Assembly: GCF_006345805.1 (NCBI RefSeq)
Contig: NC_043007.1
Location: 48,856,001 to 48,920,000 of the forward strand
Direction of reading: 5' to 3'
From: Octopus sinensis
Lineage: Eukaryota
Length of the DNA: 64,000 nt
The translations under genes were made by a program, and so were the position numbers. The notes under the pieces are model-generated. The model was not told where the DNA came from and did not search any database. It saw only the letters and a program-made list of their open reading frames with translations. Position 1 is the first letter of the stretch. Each line of letters starts with the position of its first letter. Shown here in pieces: positions 11,740 through 25,400 of the stretch.

Positions 11740-12930
11740 GGAAAATGCACACAGTTTATATAATTTTATATATTTTAATACATTTTAAATGAAAGAGTAT
11801 TGTGTTTGTTGACCGGTTTCGCTTTCGCTAATTGTGACATTGAAATTATTGTAATTTCGTATTTTCTTAAGAAGATTTTAGTGCATATTCTTGTATGGGA
11901 GTTTGTGAATGAATCACCAAGTTGAAAGATCTAAGGAGAGATAACTGGTGATTATTATTAATTGAGAACAGAGGAGGTATATTTAAAGGTTCTTGTGTAG
12001 AAATTGTTTCTTTGCACTGGTATATGGGGATAACTGCGAAATTTGGTTGGATATTACCTGTACATCTCTCTATATGCTCACTCAAATGTATCTGTCTATA
12101 CTTTGGGAAATGGATCTGTTCCTTATGTATTGTGGTTCTCTGCCTAAGTACCATACTTGTCTGTTCTATATAGTTATGTCCACAACCTGAACAAGTTATA
12201 GCATAAATTATATTATTTTCCAGTTCTCTCTTATACAATTGTTAAATGGATATCCATATTTTTGCAGTGACACTCCATATATGGTGAATTCAAAATATCC
12301 TATTATTAGGCTCACAAGAACAGGGGCTGTATTCGTTCACATTTTTGTCAGTAGTAGGTGTCATCAAATAGGAAATAATTGTTCTGAAGTATAAATTTTA
12401 AAGTTTCGATAATAAAACCCTGGTTTATGCGTTCCGGAAGTTCTATGGGATACTTTTCCAGCCAGAATTTTATTGCTTCTATTCAATAGTCATGTGGGAT
12501 ATTGGTGTAAAGATTAATAACATCGAAGGAAACCAATAATGTCTCTTCATTAGTTGTTTTTGGTAGGTGCTCAAGCATATCTAGATCATCTCTAATGAAA
12601 CTTTTGATGTATTTCAGCAATGGTTTCAATAGGATGTCTAGAAAATTGCTTAGGTGGTGGGTTTCACAGCTATAATAGGTCTTAACTTTAAGTTTTCTGG
12701 TGCTAGGATATTTATGTATTTGCCTGGTGATTGTTTGTAGGCTTCATTAATTATTTTGCTCTTGTGTATTTTAGGTAAGCCGTAAAAAAATACTAGGTTT
12801 ACATTTAAAGTTTGTGATATAATCTATTTCTTTTTCTGTCAGGCCTTTTCCATGTAGATGAATTAAGGATGCAAGATATTTCATTGCTTTTTGTTGTTTA
12901 TAGTGATCATTTCAAAAATGCTACAGGACT
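11740..12930 (-). mobile_element. Penelope-like retroelement remnant (RT N-terminal half fused by deletion to GIY-YIG endonuclease)
   Basis: FYGLPKIHK...LRPII...LVSFDVINLYTNIP...LQNNYFLFD, then NIIYAITCSGCGHNYIEQT..LRQR..IH; contains stops and frameshifts. Confidence 0.88.
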
Positions 12931-13059
12931 TTTTTTACAACCTTTTGTGTGTGTGTGTGCATGTGAGTGTGTGTGTGTGCGTGTGCACACACATGCACAT
13001 GCAAGAAGCATAAAAAGAAAAAGTCCAAAGGAAGTTCATAGTCAAATTAAATAAGTAGA

Positions 13060-13490
13060 AATATACTGAGGCTGAAATTGTAGCCGTGATGCCAGTGCCA
13101 GTGGCATGTAAGCGAACCATCCGAATGTGGCCATTGCCAGAGCCGCCCCGACGGGCCTCTGTGCCGGTGGCATGTAAAAAGCACCATCCGATCGTGGCTG
13201 TTGCCAGCCTCTCTTGGCCCCTGTGCCGGTGGCACGTAAAAAGCACCATCTGATCGTGGCCGTTTGCCAGCCTCGTCTGGCACCTGTGCCGGTGGCACGT
13301 AAAAGGCATCCACTACACTCATGGAGTGTTTGGCGTTAGGAAGGGCATCCAGCCGTAGAAACATTGCCAGATCAGACTGGGCCTGGTGCAGCCTTCTGGC
13401 TTCCCAGACCCCAGTTGAACTGTCCAACCCATGCTAGTATGGAAAGCGGACGCTAAATGATGAGGAGGAGGAGGATGATGATGATACTAA
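13060..13490 (+). mobile_element. RTE 3'-UTR-type repeat; related copies at ~16060-17020, 23710-24490, 42370-42610, 54290-55120 and 59470-59780
   Basis: Tandem GTGGCACGTAAAAGCACC units, AGGAAGGGCATCCAGC and a (GAT)n tail, as in 39140-39590. Confidence 0.8.
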
Positions 13491-14823
13491 TTCCGGTTGA
13501 TGTGGTTCTTGTTTTCGTCGTTGTTGTCGTCATCATCATTTGTTCTGGTTGTCGTTTCAATATGTGCTCCAAATACCTTTCAACCTTGAGTATCACTACA
13601 ATGTTCTCTTTGATGAAACTTATAACAAAAGGCGCTCTGGCCACAACTGTCTTGTCTGTTTTATTTTCTAGACAATTTTATCCAATAATTCAGACTGCCT
13701 CATGATCCCAGTAAACCAGACGAAATAGAAAGGGCCCTGACCCAGAGGATAAGGACAATTATAGAGCAAAGATATAATGTTTCGGACAGAGTGCTTCGTC
13801 GAATTCTTGAGGGAAGTCCAAGAGAAACTGGGAAGAGTGATAAGGAGATAAAAAAGCAGAAGAGAGCTATAACATTTATTGCAAGTATACAGATAAGAAA
13901 TTTGGTTTGTTCAATTTTATTTTGAAGCAATAAATAGTTTCTTTTGGAAATTCATATTCATTTCATTTTTTTAAGTGTCCAGATATTCGACAAAAGTTAA
14001 ATTGTAATTATTATATGTATGCCATATTAGCCACGCTGGCAAAATAAATTTCCAGAGTTACTTGTCATATGATGGGTAACACTCTAGTTCATACATAATT
14101 CATGATGTAAATATGTTATCTTTATATTAATATGATTCTCTGTGTATTTAGTTGTCTATCTGTCTACCTACCTGACTCTCGCACTCTTCTCTCTCTCTTT
14201 CTTTCTTTTTTTGTCTGTCTATCTATTTATCTATCCTGACCTGCTGACAGATAGAGGCAAACACAGATAGTTGTTTTTTAACCTCTATGCCAAACTCAGC
14301 TGAGCAGACGTTAAGAAAGCCATTCAAGCCTCTACAACACTGTCAATCTCATCCAGAGCGACATTATTCAATGTGCCTGTTCCTTTTCAAGATGGTTGGG
14401 TATAATTTGAGGGAGGTTTCAGCTATTTCTAGCAGTTCGAGAGAAAAGCCTAGAGACCCCAACACGACATATATTTATACACACGCACGTATACACATGT
14501 ACAAATGCATACATACATACACACACACACATACATACATACATACATACATACATACATACATACATACATACACATACATACATACATACATAAATGC
14601 ATGCTCAGTCATACACCCACAATAATACGTACACATATACATCATGAAAGCATTTGGGCGGCTTTTCTCACGTGACATTTTTTAAATTCTAATTCTTCAC
14701 GCGATGATGATGATGATGATGATGACATGCAGGTGACAGATAAACCCCTTCTCTCCCATTTGCACACATAGATCTTCGTTAATTTTCAACAAACTCATAA
14801 ATTATTGAGTGAAGAATTTAATT

Positions 14824-15052
14824 TTAACCCTTTAGCATTCAGATTACTCTGTCAAATATTTTAATGCTTATTTATTCTCGTTCTTTTGAATTAATCATGC
14901 ATTATCTCATAACTTCGAGATTTCAATGATGTGATACTTTATTTTTAGAATGACATTGTAAGATAGGTATGAGGGGGCATTTGGCCAATTTGAACGTAGA
15001 ACAGATAGAATATTTGGGCCTTATTTGGCCTGTTTAAAGGCTTAAAAGGATC
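14824..15052. mobile_element. piggyBac-type MITE
   Basis: Starts TTAA-CCCTTTAGCATT; degenerate reciprocal end near 15050. Confidence 0.5.
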
Positions 15053-17479
15053 AAGGAAAGTGGTGGTGATGTTGATGATGACGATGATACAATAAAATCT
15101 TTTTCTACATACCGAATCCATGAGGCAATAGGAAGTTCCACGAAAAATTTTATCTCTGCAAATAAATGACAGTGTTTAAGCCGTTGTCATGGCGACCGTA
15201 TATCAAACAGATCGTTCCGGTTCACGGCATTGTTGATCAACACACGTGTACTTAACACACATGTAATTAACATGTTAATTAATAAACACAGCAGAAACGA
15301 TGTTAACATGTTCAGCGCTTTACTGTTAATAATAATTTCTTCGGTGTTATAAAATAAATAAAGTCCCAGACAACTACTGACTGAGATCGATAGAATATAT
15401 TGTTCTTTGTTGTGCCTATTGTAATTGATAATTTTTGTGGGTGTATGTGTGTAAGTCTTCACGCGCGCACGCGCGCACACATAGATAGATAGATAGATAG
15501 ATAGATTGATTGACTGCTTGTTAGATGTGTATGTATGTTTGTATTCATGCATATATGTATACAACCTGTTAATGGCTGGCAAGCCGAAATTTTTTAAAAT
15601 ATATAATTTCACATGAAAGCAAACATTAATACGTACGAACAAGAATAATACATGTGAGTCTCTATAAATGAGCATGTGTGCGTGCGTGTGCATGTACGTA
15701 TATGCATGCGCGCGCGTGCGTGTGTGTTGTCAGTATATGTGTATTTTTGTACCTAAATGAAATTTTAATTTTTCTTGAGGCATGGGGGTGTGGTTAAGAA
15801 ACTCACTTTGCAAACATGCGGTTTCGGATTCAGTCCCACTGTACATCACTGTGGGGAAGGGCCTTTTACTATTAGCCCGACCTATTAATACCCTGTGAGT
15901 GAATTTGGTAGGCGGAAAGTGTGTAGAAGCCCTTCATAAATATATGTGTATGTCTGTATTTGTGTTTATCCTCCCCACTGCTGCTTGACAACCAGTGTTG
16001 ATTTGTAACTTAGCACTTCGGTAAAAGAGACTGATAGAATAATAATCATCAGCATCATTATCGTTTAACGTCCACTTTCCATGCAGGCATGGGTTGAAGA
16101 GTTTGACTGAGGACTAGTGAGGTAGAAGCTGCACCAGGCTCAATCTGATCTGACAAAGTTTCTACAGCTGGATGCCCTTCTTAACGCCAACCACTCTGAG
16201 AGTGTAGTGGGTGCTTTTACGTGACACTGGCACGGGGACCAGTCCAGCGGCACTGGCAATGACCACACTCAAATGTTGTTTTTCACATGCCACTGCACAT
16301 GTGCCGGGATGTCAACGCTGGCAACAATCATGCTCAAATGGTGCTTTCACATGCCACTGGCACGGGAGTCAATCCTTGGCCCTGGCAATGATCACACTCA
16401 GATGTGCTTTTAATGTTCCACTGTACGAGTGCCAATCAGGCGGTACTGTTATCAGCCACGTCAGTGATTTTGATTTGTTTTCACTTGCCTCAATAGGTCT
16501 TCGCAAGCAAAGTTCAATGTCCAATGAATGAGGGGTACTCATAAGTGGGCCGGTTACACCCCTCGTTCAGATGTGCTTTTAACATTCCACTAGCACAAAT
16601 GTCAATCAGGCGATACTGTCATTGGCCATGTCAGCAATTTTGATTTTCATTTCACTTGCCTCCATAGGTCCTCGCAAGCAAAGTTTATTGTCCAATGAAT
16701 GAAGAGTATTCATAAATGGGCTGGTTGCACCCACTGACATAAGCCATGGGCCATGGTCTCACTTGGCTTGTTGGGTCTTCTCAGCACAGCATATCTCCAA
16801 AGGTCGGTCACTAGTCATTGCCTCAGTAAAGCCCAATGTTCAAAGTCCGTGCTTCACCACCTCATCCCAGGTCTTCATGGGTCTATCTCTTCCACAAGTT
16901 CCTTCAACTGCTAGTATGTTACACTTTTTCACACAGCTGTCCTCATTTATTCGCAACACATGACCATACCAGTGCAGTGTTCTCTCTTGCACACCACATC
17001 TGATGCTTCTTAAATCCAACTAAGTACTTACAAAATGAGTACTAATCTGACTTGTACGAGTAAACCCTTCAACGCAGTGCCCCAACATTGCTGCAGCCCA
17101 ATAACTGAAACAAGTAAGAGGTTAAAGATAAAAGATAAATCGTTTACATGTATTTTTCTTGTAAACCTAAAATGTTAACCATTTTAGCCAACTTTTATTG
17201 CGACCAGATTCAGCTGTTTTTCACCAAATCCTTTGCATGACTGGGATGGTGAGGGTGGGCCTGATTAAGAAGTTCACTTTGCAACTACATAGTTTCAGTT
17301 TTGATCTTACATTGCTTCATCTTGTGTAAACATTTACTATAATCTTGGGTGGCCAGTGCTTTGTAAGAGAAATTAAGTAAAAGGGAAGTGTTCAAAAGCC
17401 ACTATACGCCAGGACAGAACTTAGGGGAGAGGAAGAGAGCCCATCGCACCATGGTACATCAATGGTGTTTTTAAAGCCA

Positions 17480-17686
17480 AAGTTCTTTACAATTTCAGCT
17501 GCAATGGAGACCTCTGGTATTCTTGGCTTCTGGACCATATCCCTGCTCACTACTACCGGGGCAGAGATGGCTATCCACAAATGTGAGCCCTGTGAATCAG
17601 AGTGGCTGTTCCAGCGCATCTCCTTCGCCAATCTTCTGGGGCAACACCTTTTCCATTTTGTCTGTTGGGACCATAAGGCAGCCTGA
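17480..17686 (+). mobile_element. CRE-clade non-LTR retrotransposon C-terminal fragment
   Basis: F..ISAAMETSGILG...LL...G...ESEWLFQRISFA + (frameshift) GNTFSIL resembles the CRE-type end motif ETxGxxG...LFQRLSxAxxRGNA. Confidence 0.55.
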
Positions 17687-18054
17687 ATTACAAGAAATTG
17701 AGAGAATTTAAGAATATTGTAGCTTACTACACCAAAAGACTAAACTGGTCAACATATGAATAGCTGAGCCTATTATAACATTTGATAGCATAAAAGACAC
17801 ACAGGCTTCTTAAACACACCCCAGTTTCAGCAAAGCATATTTAGGAAAAATGTTTTATTGCATTAAAGCATGTAATATAGGCCCAATTTTGCATATTGGA
17901 CCTGGTGGGGATTTTTTGAGACATTTTTTTGAAAAACTAGTACATCATATATGTCATCAAATTCAGTAATTCCTATTGTAGCACTCACACTCATTATTTG
18001 GAGTAATAACAACATAAATTTAAGAAGTATATCTTAAAAAGAAAAATGGGGTTG

Positions 18055-18720
18055 CTTTGCTTAATCATGTCAGATTGCTCTTGAATGCTACTGGTAACAT
18101 GTAACCCAATACAACCTGTTGCATGGTCAGGTCATCAGCGACTAAACTGGCAACTCTATCAAGCTTGCTTGGTGAGGAAGGTGCTTGTTGGGCACCTTGT
18201 GGGATGAAAATTAAGACCCATCAAAGGGATAAAGGACTACTGTATAGTTAACAGCCAATTCAACAAGTACCTTGTCATGGTGAAGTGCCTGTATGCTCCA
18301 TTTTCCCAAAGAGCTACACTGGAGGGAGAGGTCTTCAGGCAGATTTTACCAAGCCAGACAGGTCGAAGGGTAGGAGACAGACAAAACCTTAATGACAATA
18401 AATCGAAGCGTCAGCAGCAGAGGATGGATTTAGTTATTGGCAGGACCTAACAGATCAGATTCCTGGCTTTGAACTAGCAGGATGTTATGCAGAGGATCTT
18501 GAATACAAAACAATGGATGAGACCCTAATATTCCTAGTTAGATGGAAACCTTGGGACCACATGGAGCAGTGCCCTGTGACTCCTATAGTATGCACAAAGG
18601 AAACCCCTAAAAGGGACATCCTATGGGACGATCTAAGTGAGATGAGATGGGATGCTTAATCATACAGAGGTCTTAATCAGAGTCTGAGATGTATGGAGTG
18701 CAATTCTTCATAGCAGCCTG
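18055..18720 (+). mobile_element. Probable RTE-type 5' UTR remnant
   Basis: CCTTGTCATGGTGAAG..AGAGCTAC..CCAGACAGGTCGAAGGGTAGGAGACAGACAAA resembles RTE/Expander 5' regions. Confidence 0.4.
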
Positions 18721-18781
18721 TACGCCACCTTTTATAGGCACAGGCATGGCTGTGTGGTAAGAAGCTTGCTTCTTACCACAC

Positions 18782-19016
18782 AAGGCGGTGAGCTGGAAGA
18801 AGCATTAGCACGCCGGGCGAAATGCTTAGTGGTATTTCGTCTGCCTCTACGTTCTGAGTTCGAATTCTGCTGAGGTCCACTTTGCCTTTCATCCTTTCGG
18901 GATCGATTAAATAAGTACCAGATACACACAGGGGTCGATATAATTGACTTAATCCATTTGTCTGTCCTTGTTTGTCCCCTTTGTGTGTAACCCCTTGTGG
19001 GCAGTAAAGAAATAAG
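18782..19016 (+). mobile_element. tRNA-derived SINE with a Meta-like central domain, nested in another SINE
   Basis: AAGGCGGTGAGCTGG...GAGTTCGAATTC...CTTTGCCTTTCATCCTTTCGGG-TCGAT.AAATAAGTACCAG; flanking duplication TAAGAAGCTTGCTTC. Confidence 0.8.
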
Positions 19017-19107
19017 AAGCTTGCTTCCCAACCTCATGGTTCTGGGTTCAGTCTCATTGCATATCTTCTTGTGAGTGAATTTGGTAGACAGAAACTGAAA
19101 GAAGCCT

Positions 19108-19152
<45 letters not shown>

Positions 19153-19779
19153 ATGTGTTCTTGTTGTGTTAGTGTTTGCCCCACCACTGCTTGACAGCCA
19201 GTGTTAGATTTTTATGTCTCCATAACTTAGCGGTTTGAAAGAAAAGGGACCGATAGGATAAGCACCTGGTTTAAAAAAAGAAAAAGTACTGGGATCAATT
19301 CATTTGACTAAAAGTTCTTCAAGACAGTTTAATGATTAGCCTCAGTCTAACAACCGAAACAGATGAAAAAAGTGATATATTTTGGTTGATTTGCGACTAT
19401 TTTTGGTTTATTTTTCTATGAATAATTTTGAGCTACATTTCAAAATTGTATTTATTTTTCCTCAATGATGTAAACACGGGAAGAACATTAAAAGTTTTTA
19501 TTTCTGGTTTCCCTCTTGTTTAATGTTGAGTAAAGCAGGCCTCACTTAAGCGCTCAAACATAATTAGAACAATGAATTTTGCTTTCTCACATCTTTTAGG
19601 CCAGTAGAAAGTGCAATACCTCACTTTTTCCAAATAGCTACTCTAAAATTTGGGGTAACACTTGGTATACACAAATGAAACAGCATTAAATTAAAATCAC
19701 CATCTGTGTATCATATTAAATGTATAAACACAGACTTTATGCTGTTATAAGCAAGTCCCAAACAAAGCAAGAAGCCACT

Positions 19780-20130
19780 TAGTATAAGGGACTGTGAAGA
19801 AGGGGAATTAAGATGAAAGGAATGGATTTACTTTAGACTTGAAAGAGCTCAAGTCATAAGAAGGAGGAAAACAATGAGATAGATGGGAGAACCAAAGTTG
19901 GGCTGTTCAAGGGAAAAAGCTACAACTGTAAAAGACTTCCTTATTTGTGGAAACACAACAACATTTGGATGAAGACAATGTGAGTTCTGAGTCAGGCAAA
20001 GCAGCACAAAGTATTCTAAAACTAAGAGAGAAAGTTCATCACAACATTTTCTGCAGCAATAATAATAGAAAAAACTAAAACTGGTGATGTCATGTCAATT
20101 GTGTTTTTAACCCAACAAATCTTTGAAGAG
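19780..20130 (-). mobile_element. Degraded CR1/Jockey-group LINE 3' end
   Basis: SLSFFYYYC..CCDELS..SFFP..CFPPSYDLSSFKSKVN. Confidence 0.5.
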
Positions 20131-20149
20131 ATTTTATCTCAGATAATTC

Positions 20150-21680
20150 CACATTTTGCCCTCTAACAGTATGCATACATTTAGTATGATACACTGATAT
20201 CAATTGGGAAAATTTTTGTCTCCATATGGAATGGTAAACTTGAGTTCCTCAGTCTCAAAAATTTGAACGTTTTGAGTAATTTTCCAGAAGCATCTGACAA
20301 TCCAAAACTTTTTTTCACAAAGTTCAAAACTGTCTTTATCAAGGCTGTAAAACAGTGCAAGGTTGATGGGATAATCATTCACTCACTACAAGTTACTTAG
20401 AGTGAACCAATGAATTTGTTGTTACTCCAAGGAATTTATAATTATTTCTTAAATAGACTGACTCAAACAATGGACTAAATTCTATTACAAAAGGAAGGCC
20501 AGGTTTGGCTTTAATACATTCCCAATCAACTAATGTTATCTTTAAACTTGTGACAATTGAGAAAATTGTTTCCAAAGAATAACAAACTTTTCTGCGTTTG
20601 CTGTATATTCAGAGCCTATAAGGGGTGGGTGGAGGTTAGCTAGGACATTAATTTGGGAACTCAAAGGAAAGATCTTTCAAGTATATTTGGGCATCATGCT
20701 TGTAAAAAAAACAAAACAAACAAAAAAGTACGCAGCAGCCTTGAACATAGAGAGGATACCCATTCTGAGTTTGGATTGAAGTAAAAGGAGTCTTGTTTGC
20801 CTTGTAAAGTTTTTCTTGGTAGCCCTTTGCATATATTGTTAGTTTCATGTTAAATAATCCTTAATCTATTTGAAATCAAACTGCTTAAGACTACCTCTGC
20901 TTGTATGTACCAAATTCTTGTTTGAAAGTGATCTAATCTAACAGGTACCATCAAAATTTTGTTAGCTTATGTTTCAACTCTAATTTAATAAAATAAGTTA
21001 TTTTTACTAAATTTTTCATTATTTTCAAAATTATGTGAAACAAAGCCAACAGAAATATGGTAGCATAAGGTAGTTTGGGACAATGTTCGAGACTTTTCTC
21101 TAAGGTATTTGTTATGAAAGATGTTGCTTTTATTAAAATCAAATCCTAGTCCACAAAAAATAAAAATAAACAAATCTTGAATCCCCTACAGATAAATCAT
21201 TCTTCCAGTATGTTATGGAGACTATCAATACTTACTTAGTTTTTCTGTTGCAGCTAATCCTACATCATTAACTTTTTTTCCCCACCAGAGATTTTTTTCA
21301 ACCAAATCACCTTTCTAGTAGAATATTCCATTCTTCTCACAAGTTTCATTTGAGCTTCAAATGATTCTTGACTGCTTAAAACATTACCACAAAGAGATTT
21401 TAAATTACAAGCAGTGCATCATGAAAGCCAATGAAAGTAGTGCATCATGGAAGTCAATTAAAGAATTTTATTACAAAACCATGAAAATAAAAGTTAAAAT
21501 TTGGTTTTGCCTCACTCTTTGTATCAGCTGTTGGATTTTGATCATCAGCTGCATTTTCCCAAAGTTTCAGTATGCTATCATATGTATTAACTAATTGACA
21601 TCATTTTGGAAACTCAGTCGAATTTCAGATTTGTATTTGATAACCATTGATATGTCATCCTTCTGGAGGGAGTGTTAGTG
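20150..21680 (-). pseudogene. Possible heavily decayed hAT transposase C-terminal region
   Basis: Broken frames such as SILKLWE..DTKSEAK..FNF and SDASGK..FKFLRLRNS, loosely like the hAT dimerisation motif. Confidence 0.3.
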
Positions 21681-21979
21681 TGTGCATAAAATTGAGTGAG
21701 AGTTAAAATGGGTAAAAGCAGAGAAATAAGACCTGATACTGCACAACATAGATACTGAAATTGTGAAACAAAGTTTTGTTTATATTTTTAAACAGAAATT
21801 ATTTTATCAAATATAAGTGCATATTTTATGTTGTTTAGAAATATAAATGTAAGTTTACATTTCAATTTTAGATCAACCAACAATAAACTGATATTTTAAA
21901 TTGTTTTATTAGAATAAAATGATCAATAAAATGGAGTAAAAAATTGTAAATTGATTTCATGAATTCATTCTTTTATTTT

Positions 21980-22275
21980 CACATTTTATGTACCTTACAT
22001 ACAGGCCTCACATAGTCTTCATGTTATGACCATCTTCACATACATAACATTCACATTTTGACCATCCTCACAAAATCTTCCAATTTTGTATACTTCATAC
22101 AATTTTCCCAGTTCATCTATCTCACATACTTTTTACACTTTGATCAGTTTTACACATGTTGACCATCCTTACACAGTGTCTCACATTTTGTCTACTTCAC
22201 ATACAATCTTTATATTCTAACACTCCTCACATTTGGCCCTTATACACAGTCTTCATATTGTCCCCATCTTCCCAT
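21980..22275. repeat. Degenerate ~29-bp minisatellite in the putative TTC9C 3' UTR
   Basis: Recurrent TCACATTTTGACCATCCTCACA-like units. Confidence 0.5.
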
Positions 22276-22435
22276 TCATCCTGGCTTCACACACACTAAT
22301 TCCTTTAAAATTTGTCCATATTTCAGTTGTATACTTTTGATGCAAACAATTTCTGTACTTTTCCTGAACTTGAGAGTCTCTTCATAGAGTCTGTCTTTAT
22401 ATTGTATAAAACCTCCTGTATACTATTATATCAGT

Positions 22436-25400
22436 CTAATGGACTGCATTCACTTCCTTGCTGTGTTTATTCATTTCATTAAACATTTCTTGGTAAGTTT
22501 TTTTAATGCTTCGATTATGTTTTCGAACTTCAGCTTCACAAAGTTTGATGTAACGCTTAATGGCTAGGTCTGAAGAGTAAGAAAGAAACAGAGAATATAA
22601 GAATTATTGATGATGAGAATACAGAATTACCAAAATGCTTGATGTACAAAATACTGTTAGGTTTGATAGTGATGTCTGAAGAGTAAGATAGAATCAGAGA
22701 ATATAGGAATTAATGATGATGAGAATAAAGGATTAGTAAGCTGGCTGACATACAGAATATTGTTATATTAGGTTGAATGAAATGATAAAATAATAAATTA
22801 AATGAATTTATACTGTTTTAGTTGTTCTACTATTTTTCATTGTTTGTCTTTGTCAATAATTGATAGACCAATAGCTATGTGCTGTCATAGTTGTTGCAGG
22901 TTACATGGTTGATACACAAAAGACTTGGATAAAAAATGTGGATTGTTTATAGGGGGAAGTGAGGTATCTAGAAAGTATGAGTTTGTAATAAAAAAATTGG
23001 TTAATGTTAAATGCTTTTAAGTAAAGCTTATAGTTTTAGTCATTATGTCCTTTATGGAGTAACTTTTGGTGCTAAACCTAATCCATCAGTTAAATACTTC
23101 TATAACCAAGTACTTGAATGCCTTTAGCAGACTCCATCCACTCTATTGCAAGTATTCAAACTAGATCTCTGAATCTATTAGTCACTGTTTCTTCTCCTCT
23201 TACTCCCACAAGTCTTGAAAAGCCCTGAAAAAAGATTAATGGTACTGCCCTTAAAAACAAACTTTATAAAAATACATCCCCTGAATGTGATTGATATAAA
23301 GTTATGAGAGATATAATTCACCTTCAGGATGTTTGTGTGAGAGAGACTGTAAATCTTCCAAAGCTTCTTCATATTTTTTCATGTGATAGAGAGCCATGCA
23401 TTTTCTAAAAGCTGCCTTTAAGTTTTCAGGATAAATAGCCAACACCAAGTCACAGTACTCTATGATGCGATCATAGTTGGTATCTTCCTTATGAAGCAGA
23501 CATGCTACAGGTAAAATGACAAAAAAGAGTAAACTAATTGTATTGAAAGTTACAAGTAGAGCAATAACAAGATTTTCAATAAGCCTTAAAAATGTATTCA
23601 CATTTAATAAGTTTTGTTAGAAGTATTTTTATAGTCAAATCAAAATAAATGCAATGTTGTTCATTAACCATTTTTGTTACTGTATTTCTGCTGGAATAAA
23701 TGGCTTTTGTTTCAGTGAGATCCAGGAAGATGTGGGATGAAGTGGTGAGAAAAGATCTTCAGATGTTGGGCCTCATAAACGGATGACAAGAGACCAAAAC
23801 TTCAGGCAGTTTGCTGTGCTTGAAAAGACACATCAATCTAAGCAAATACATGGTTGTCCCTGCATACAGGCATGTCCCCTGCATCCCTCTTCAGCTGAAC
23901 TTTCCTAATCTTGCAGGCTCATGAGTACCAGCGCCACGTAAAAGTGTCCATGCTGGTGCCCCAAGAAAAGCACCTGTGTCAGTGCTGTGTAAAAAAAGCA
24001 CCCAGTACACTCTGTAAAGTGGTTTGTGTTAGGAAGGGCATCCAGTTGTAGAACCCATGCCAAAACAGACATGGAGCCTGGGCAGCTCACCAGCTGATCA
24101 GCTCCTATCATAACCACCCAACCCATGCCAGGTATGATGATAATGATGGGCCTCACAGAGATAATGACCAAGACCTTTGGCATTATGTCGTGCTTGAGAA
24201 GAAGACTCATCAAACTGAGCAAAATTGTGGCAGAAACTGATGTCATGAAAATTGGCACCCAGGCTGGTGGCACATAAAAGCACCCCATTTGTCATGCAAA
24301 TGGCACCCATGCCAGTGGCACGTAAAAGCACCCATTATGCTCTTGGAGTGGTTGCTGTTAGGAAGGGCATCCAGCTGCAGAAAACCATGTCAAATCAGAC
24401 TGGAATCTGGTGCAGCCTTCCAGTGTACCAGCCTGGTCAAACCATTCCAACCCATGCCAGCATGGACAATAGATGTTAAATAATGATGATACATACATAC
24501 ACACACACACAAACAGGCTTCTTTCAGATTTCATCTACAAAATCCACTTACAAGGCTTTGGTTAGGATGAGGCTATAGTAAAAGACACTCAATAGCAACA
24601 GTGGACTGAAGCTAAAACTATGTGGTTGGGAAGTGAACCTCATAACCACACAGCCCTACCTATGCATATACTGTAAATATATACTACACACGTACAGACA
24701 TCTCTATGTATCTATCTGCATATGAAAAAAAAATGTCCAAGGAATTCTTGGAGTAAAATGGAAAACTGAAGATAAGGAGATGTTGAAAAAGTGATAGCTG
24801 CAATGGAGTGGTAACCTCTATCCTTCCATGACTCATAATAATTCTCTTCCCAGACACACAAACACACACTTTCACACTCAGCTCTCTGTAATAATGCTGT
24901 ACAAATGGGACACATTGGAAAGCTGAAGTTATTAAAATTACTAATTTATAATTATATCTGTGAAACATTAGTATGCAGTTTCAAATACCATGGAAGGTAG
25001 AACACACACACACATACATGACAGAAGTAAATAGACACCCTCATAATCATTAAAATTTAGTTAAATCTGAAATTATACATTCAAATTATTTATTAATTGC
25101 TATAATGTGAATATTTAATATTTAGTAGACATGCCCTTTGCATTTTTCAATGCAAGGACCCTATTAGGCATGCTACTGATCAAATGACAAATATTCTCTT
25201 GCAAAATTTCATGCAGTAATCTCAAAAGACCTGGCATTGAAAACGCTTTCTTGTTGAATTTATGAAGTGTCTTGTCCATTACGTCCCAGAGGTGTGTAAT
25301 AGGCTTCACATCTGGTGACTGGCTTGGCCATGGAATCTTTTTAATGCCATTCTCATCCATCAAATCTTGGGTCATTGTAGCCGTGTGACAAGGAGCCCCA

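Noticed and set aside
13080-13320. CRISPR-like recurrence of GTGGCACGTAAAAGCACC with variable spacers (also ~16200-16450, 39270-39420, 59530-59720)
   Set aside because: The spacers are homologous to each other, the context is eukaryotic with no cas genes, and the same array follows an RTE ORF as its 3' UTR.
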